DNA of 24,494 nucleotides from Candidatus Methylomirabilota bacterium (lineage in GTDB: Bacteria; Methylomirabilota; Methylomirabilia; Rokubacteriales; CSP1-6). The position numbers and the translations under genes were made by a program. Shown here piece by piece: positions 17,309-24,494 of the stretch. Every line of letters starts with the position of its first letter. The stretch's first letter is position 1. Under the pieces are notes generated by a model that ran no database searches, was not told the origin of the DNA, and saw only the letters and a program-made list of their open reading frames with translations. The stretch covers positions 1 through 24,494 of the forward strand of contig JBKPAK010000122.1 in assembly GCA_046726415.1 (NCBI GenBank), given 5' to 3'.

Positions 17309-17500
17309 ATGACCGTCAAGATTGCCTGTCGTCCCAACGGCCCTTACCTGATCGAGGGCGAGGTCGAGGTCTACGACCCCGCCGGGAACAAGATCGATAC
17401 CAGCTCGCGTCCCCGCATCGCCCTGTGTCGCTGCGGCGGCGCAGCCTCGAAGCCCTTCTGCGACGGCACGCACAACAAGATCGCCTTCCAGGCGAGCTGA
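17309..17500 (+). CDS. CDGSH iron-sulfur domain protein, 63 aa
   Basis: NGPYLI; LCRCGGAASKPFCDGTH (CxC...PxCDG(S/T)H); AGGAGG SD. Confidence 0.9.
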   Translation: MTVKIACRPNGPYLIEGEVEVYDPAGNKIDTSSRPRIALCRCGGAASKPFCDGTHNKIAFQAS

Positions 17501-17503
17501 TGA

Positions 17504-17675
17504 GATGGGGGGCCTCGAAAGGGCCCCCCAAGGCCCCCAGCGCTCGTCGCGCCCCGGGGAACCCGGAGCGCTCCTCGATACCGCGCGAGGTATGGGAGGG
17601 CCGACGCGGCTGGGCGCGTGCTCCTGGAGGCTTTCCCAAGCCCCCGCGGTCGTCGCGCCCCGCGGAACTCGCGCT
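17504..17675. repeat. REP-like GC-rich palindromic element plus a degenerate second copy between convergent genes
   Basis: TGGGGGGCC-N7-GGCCCCCCA hairpin at 17506-17530; CCCAAG(G)CCCCC..TCGTCGCGCCCCG.GGAAC occurs at about 17527 and 17635. Confidence 0.7.
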
Positions 17676-17684
17676 GAAGCGGCG

Positions 17685-18266
17685 TCACCGCACCTGGCGA
17701 CGTGCCTCCAGGAGGAGTGCCGCCATGTCCTCGAGGAGGCGCATGACCTCCGGTCCTGTGCTCCGCCACGGTCCGGCCACGACGCGCTCCGTCTGCCACA
17801 CTGTCGCGGGGAAGGGACGCGGTACTCCGGACAGCGTCACCGTCCGTTCCACACTGAGCCGGAGAGCGCCAACCCCGTAGGTGCCGGAGAAGGGAAGCCA
17901 GAATCCACGCAGGGTGGTGGCGTTCACGGGGCGCACCAGCACGGCGAGTCGCACGCGATCGGGCGCCGAATCCTGGACGGCCAGCGCGGGTTCGGCACCG
18001 CGCAGCAGCTCCTCGAGGCGGACAAGCACGTCTTCGATCGGGAAGTCATCGAGTGGCGCCTCGAGATCGAGGCTCACGGCGACCCGCCGGAGACCGGCCA
18101 GCCCCACCGGGTCATCCGCTGCCTCGGCGCGCGCCAGGAGCAGGTCGGCCCCCCATCTCACCTGACAAGCCAGAACGATGGCGAGCGCGGGCAGCGCGAC
18201 GGCGATGACCAGCGCCGCCGAATGCCACCGTCGCCTGGCAAGTCGCACTCTGCCCTCCAGGGGCAT
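17685..18266 (-). CDS. Hypothetical membrane-anchored or exported protein, about 193 aa
   Basis: N-terminal basic region and hydrophobic helix (AALVIAVALPALAIVLAC), then a globular-looking domain; GAGGA upstream of ATG 18266; start uncertain. Confidence 0.6.
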   Translation of the reverse strand: MPLEGRVRLARRRWHSAALVIAVALPALAIVLACQVRWGADLLLARAEAADDPVGLAGLRRVAVSLDLEAPLDDFPIEDVLVRLEELLRGAEPALAVQDSAPDRVRLAVLVRPVNATTLRGFWLPFSGTYGVGALRLSVERTVTLSGVPRPFPATVWQTERVVAGPWRSTGPEVMRLLEDMAALLLEARRQVR

Positions 18267-18368
18267 GCCATGTCCTCGGGCGGAGGCTCCGCGGGCCGGT
18301 ATTGTATCGGAGGGGCGGATCGAGCCGCGAGCGGCCGGTGTCCAATTGATTGGAGGGAGCAGGCGTGC

Positions 18369-18589
18369 GAGCTGGAAATACGACCATCTCGTCGTCGCCC
18401 TCGGCAGGATGACGAGCTTCCGCGCCGCGCCGAGGCTCGCCGAGCCTGCGCTGGATGCACGTATCTCGGCGACGCGCTGGCCATCTGCAACCACGTCATC
18501 CAGAGCCTTCGGAGAGGCCGACATCGGGCCGGATCCAAGTGCGCCAGCGCCTCCTCACCTTTGTCGTGGCGGAAGGCGACTTCTCCGCA
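18369..18589 (+). pseudogene. Degraded internal fragment of a type II NADH dehydrogenase-like FAD oxidoreductase
   Basis: YDHLVVALGRMTSF..PRLAE / YLGDALAICNHVIQSL / EADIGPDP / RQRLLTFVVAEGDFS spread over three frames, matching the NDH-2 order YDxLVxAxG...DAxxxRN...LTFVVxGGG. Confidence 0.72.
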
Positions 18590-18669
18590 TCTCGGCATCT
18601 TCCCGGCGTCTTCGAGCGGCTGGTCGAGGAATGCCTGGCGCCGGAGGGGCGGACCTCAGGCCAACTCCA

Positions 18670-18698
18670 TTGACAGTGTCGCGGGCGCCTCGTAGGCT
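18670..18698 (+). promoter_or_regulatory. Putative sigma70 promoter for the anti-sigma-like gene
   Basis: TTGACA-N17-TAGGCT followed by GGGGAG SD and GTG/ATG. Confidence 0.6.
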
Positions 18699-18713
18699 CA
18701 GCGGGGAGATGTG

Positions 18714-18941
18714 ATGACCTGTCAGGACGCCATCGCGCTTCTCAGCGACTACCTGGACGCTGCGCTCGGGCCGGACGCGCTGGCCGATCTCGAGCGCCAC
18801 TTGCGCGAATGTGCGCCGTGCCTGGCCTATCTCAACACGTTCAGGGTCACGCAGCGCCTGGCTGCAGAGGCTGGCCGCATCGAGCTACCCGACGAGATGA
18901 AGGAGCGCTTGCGGAGCTTCCTGCTCGATCGCCTCCGGTGA
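18714..18941 (+). CDS. Zinc-binding anti-sigma factor domain protein (ZAS/zf-HC2), 75 aa
   Basis: MTC.....LSDYLD and HLRECAPC (HxxxCxxC); soluble, no TM. Confidence 0.82.
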   Translation: MTCQDAIALLSDYLDAALGPDALADLERHLRECAPCLAYLNTFRVTQRLAAEAGRIELPDEMKERLRSFLLDRLR

Positions 18942-19114
18942 GGACCGGGCGGCGCCCGACCATGCGGCGCCGGCCGTCCATCTCCCTGACCCCTCGTCGT
19001 CGGTCTCCGTTTCAACCCCGCCCTCTCGCCCGCTCCAGGCCGATCACTCCACCGAGGGCGCGCCACGGAACAAATGGCGCCGTCGGCCGGTTGTGACGAC
19101 GAGAGGACCATTCG

Positions 19115-19300
19115 ATGAGCCTCTGCTCCGTCTGTGGATCCGAGCTGTCCGATCGCTCGTATCTATGTCGCCACCACCATCTGGGAGGTGAGGACCGCTG
19201 GGCGGAGGGAAATCGGATCCTGTGCGATCTCTTGCATCGCGGGAAGGAACCAACCCGCCTGCCAAAGGAGCAGCGCGAGGACGAGGTTGCCGCGGCCTAG
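19115..19300 (+). CDS. Small Cys/His-rich hypothetical protein, 61 aa
   Basis: GAGAGGA SD; CSVC...CRHHH...CDLLH pattern. Confidence 0.6.
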   Translation: MSLCSVCGSELSDRSYLCRHHHLGGEDRWAEGNRILCDLLHRGKEPTRLPKEQREDEVAAA

Positions 19301-19394
19301 CCGCTAGCGAGCCGGCTCCCCCCGGTGCTCATGAGAACAGCAGATGAATCCGATGCGCCTCCCCGCGGTCTAAGGAACGAACGGGAGGTACATC

Positions 19395-19547
19395 ATGACG
19401 ACCAAGACGATTAGCCGACTTCGGATCATCGACTCCATTCTGTACCGCTCGTCGCTGCTCGAGGGCCAGCCCCGCTTGATCGATCGATATATCGATTACT
19501 TCGGCGACGGCCCCCCGCGTCCTCGGCACGAGCCCCCCGCCAACTAG
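19395..19547 (+). CDS. Small hypothetical protein, 50 aa (not in the ORF track)
   Basis: GGGAGG SD 6 nt before ATG; MTTKTISRLRIIDSILYRSSLLEGQPRLIDRYIDYFGDGPPRPRHEPPAN*; hairpin downstream. Confidence 0.5.
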   Translation: MTTKTISRLRIIDSILYRSSLLEGQPRLIDRYIDYFGDGPPRPRHEPPAN

Positions 19548-19570
19548 TTCCCACGCGTCATAGGCCGTAC

Positions 19571-19602
19571 CCGGCGGCGCGCCTGCTCCTGCGCGCCGCC
19601 GG
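19571..19602 (+). terminator. GC-rich hairpin, possible terminator
   Basis: CCGGCGGCGCGC-N8-GCGCGCCGCCGG perfect 12 bp stem 23 nt after the small ORF; weak U-tract. Confidence 0.45.
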
Positions 19603-19816
19603 CCGCGTTCCTGTCCTGAACGGCCGCCATACTAGAGCACGTCGACTCCCCCCTGGTCCTCAGGGTGTCCTTCTTTGCAACGCCCGTTCAACGGCCCCTC
19701 ATAACGCTGGCCTCGTGAGAGCATGCAGATCGGAAGGGTGGATCTCCGGCCCCAGGGAATCACGGGTGCTGTGGGAGACTCGAAACGAAGTCCGCTCGAC
19801 CAGGAGGAGCAGCGTC

Positions 19817-21333
19817 ATGGCGCAGACCGCGATCTCCGAACTGCTGAGACCGGCGAGCCCTTGCACCGTCGTCATCTTCGGGGCGGCCGGTGATTTGACC
19901 AAGCGAAAGCTGATTCCCGCGCTCTACAACCTGAAGGCGAACGGGCTCCTGCCTCGCGAGTTCGCCATCGTCGGCGTGACCCGCAAGGCAAAGAGCCACG
20001 AGCAGTTCCGCGAGGAGCAATCCCAGGACATCCGCGATTTTGCCACCGTGAAGGTGGACGATCGCCTCTGGAAGGAGCTGCGGGACGCCCTCTATTACCA
20101 GGCCGGCGAGTTCTCGGATCCCGCCGTCTACACGCAGCTCGCGGTGCTGCTCGGTGAGGTGGCCAAGACACATCGCACGGGTGGCAACGTCCTGTTCTAC
20201 TTGGCCGTGCCCCCCCACTTCTTCAGCGAGATCGTGCGGCGCCTCGCCGAGGCCGGCCTCGTCCGGGAGGAGAACGAGGTGTGGCGGCGGGTCATCATCG
20301 AAAAGCCGTTCGGTCACGATCTGGAGTCCGCCCACGCTCTCAACACCGAGCTGGCCGCCACGCTCCGGGAGGAGCAGATCTACCGCATCGACCACTACCT
20401 GGGCAAGGAGACCGTGCAAAACATCATGGTCTTCCGCTTCGCCAACGGCCTCTTCGAGCCGATCTGGGATCGGCGCTACATCGATCACATCCAGATCAAG
20501 GTGGCGGAGACGGTGGGCGCCGAGGATCGCGGCAACTACTACGACAAGGCCGGTGTCCTGCGCGACATGATCCAGAATCACATGTTCCAGCTCCTGGCCT
20601 TGGTGGCCATGGAGCCGCCCAGCTCGTTCGCGGCTGACGCCGTGCGCGACGAGAAGGTGAAAGTCTTGAAATCCATCCGGCCCATGCTGCCCGAGCAGGT
20701 GCTGCGGGACACCGTTCGCGGACAGTACGGCGTGGGCGAGTTCAACGGCGAGCGAGTCCCCGCGTACCGCAGCGAGCCGAAAGTGTCGCCCACCTCGAGC
20801 ACCGAGACCTACGCGGCCGTGAAGCTGCAAGTGGAAAACTGGCGGTGGGCCGGCGTGCCCTTTTATCTGCGGTCGGGCAAGCGCCTGGCCCGGCGCGATA
20901 CCGAGATCATGATCCAGTTCCGGCGGCCGCCCTTGCTGCTCTTCGAGGGAGAGGACATCGATCACATCGACCCCAACCGCTTGCTCATCCACATCCAGCC
21001 GGACGAGGGCATCGAGTTCCTCATGAAGGCCAAGCAGCCCGGGCCCGTGGTGAGACTCACGACCGTGAAGCTCGCCTTCAACTATCGCGATTTCGGCGAG
21101 GCAAGCCCCGCCACCGGCTACGAGCGACTGCTCTACGACAGCATGATCGGCGACGGGACGCTCTTCCACCGCGCCGACATGGTGGAGGCGGCGTGGAAGA
21201 TCGCCACGCCTCTGCTCGACGTCTGGCAGACGATTCCTCCGCGCGATTTCCCCAACTACGCGGCTGGCTCCAACGGGCCGGCGGCGGCCGACGCCCTGAT
21301 GCACCGAGACGGGCGGGCGTGGTGGAATCCCGC

Positions 21334-21337
<4 letters not shown>
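19817..21337 (+). CDS. zwf: Glucose-6-phosphate 1-dehydrogenase, 506 aa
   Basis: [59 protein letters not shown] before ATG 19817. Confidence 0.96.
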
Positions 21338-24036
<2,699 letters not shown>

Positions 24037-24064
24037 GGGCGCCCGCTGAGGCGCGGTCAGACAA

Positions 24065-24143
24065 TCGACCGAGCCCCACGGCACGGTCGGGGCGCTCCGA
24101 GTCTCCAGGGGGGTGTGGGCGGCCGTGTCGCGGCCCCGCCGTC
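24065..24143 (-). repeat. Degenerate copy of the REP-like element seen at 17504
   Basis: Reverse complement GACGGCGGGGCCGCGACACGGCCGCCCA..CCCCC..CTCGGAGCGCCCCG..GCTCGGTCGA parallels GATGGGGGGCCTCGAAAGGGCCCCCCA..CCCCC..CTCGTCGCGCCCCG..GCTCCTCGA. Confidence 0.55.
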
Positions 24144-24301
24144 CTCGTCCGGCTCGCCAACCTCTAACTTCGAGCGATCCAAGGACCCCTATCTGGAAGA
24201 GCGGAAACGCGTCCTCGATCGCGTGCTCGCTGGTCACCGGCGATGAGCGTTGCCGGACGGGTCACGCGAATGGTGTGGGCGCACAGGGAAGGAGAGGAGC
24301 C

Positions 24302-24430
24302 ATGAAACCGACGAGACCGAGAAACTTTCTGGTGATCTGGTCCATGCTCGCCGCGCTGATCGCAGTCGGTGCAATCGCGGTCACACCTCTGGCGATGGAG
24401 GCTGGCCCGACTTGCTCCGGATGCGGATGA
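24302..24430 (+). CDS. Small signal-peptide-bearing protein with C-terminal CxxC, 42 aa
   Basis: GGAAGGAGAGGAG SD; MKPTRPRNFLVIWSMLAALIAVGAIAVTPLAMEAGPTCSGCG*. Confidence 0.55.
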   Translation: MKPTRPRNFLVIWSMLAALIAVGAIAVTPLAMEAGPTCSGCG

Positions 24431-24494
24431 CCGCGAGGGCAGTGGCTACGCGTAGCGCTGGCGGAGGGACTCCCAGAGGGCCGTCTTGGTCCAG

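Noticed and set aside
15785-17473. 562 aa alternative-frame ORF over the radical SAM gene
   Set aside because: Arg/Gly/Pro-rich off-frame shadow of a gene with clear motifs
19483-19496. 14 bp palindrome ATCGATATATCGAT as an operator
   Set aside because: Lies within the probable small ORF (IDRYID codons) and has no second copy that I noticed in the window
19329-19529. 66 aa minus-strand ORF
   Set aside because: GTG start with weak support; the opposite-strand 50 aa ORF has a strong SD and downstream hairpin
20845-21333. N-terminal extension of the glucosidase to 1063 aa
   Set aside because: Overlaps zwf out of frame and is low-complexity; family motifs begin only after GTG 21334

Overview
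High-GC bacterial chromosomal window with about 24 genes. The gene content and intergenic repeat style are reminiscent of Ca. Rokubacteria/Methylomirabilota, which is an inference only. In order it holds: a DJ-1/PfpI 5' end and a zinc-free MDR oxidoreductase; a divergent tctCBA transporter plus an orphan form-II CoxL-like molybdoprotein; a small secreted protein; a Zn-dehydrogenase and a Gfo/Idh/MocA oxidoreductase; DUF2214, DUF1330 and mscS; a four-gene minus-strand operon; a CDGSH protein; an anti-sigma-like protein; small ORFs; and zwf with a GH63-like glucosidase. The highlight is the operon at 13396-17223. Its B12-binding-like radical SAM gene appears to stop at 'PWFC-UGA', but that UGA is followed by an in-frame AEPTEGQL... 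tail and a hairpin fitting the bacterial SECIS model, indicating a Cys-Sec (CUAEP-tail) selenoenzyme. It is followed by an NfuA-type Fe-S carrier, an L-amino-acid-ligase-like ATP-grasp enzyme and a Cys-rich DUF169 protein, with a divergent CDGSH Fe-S protein. This is a candidate uncharacterised biosynthetic system, possibly making a metalloid-containing amino acid or peptide by analogy to arsinothricin ArsL. The window also carries frameshifted gene remnants (MFS, NDH-2) and a dispersed GC-rich palindromic repeat family. All family assignments come from motif recognition; no database searches were run.
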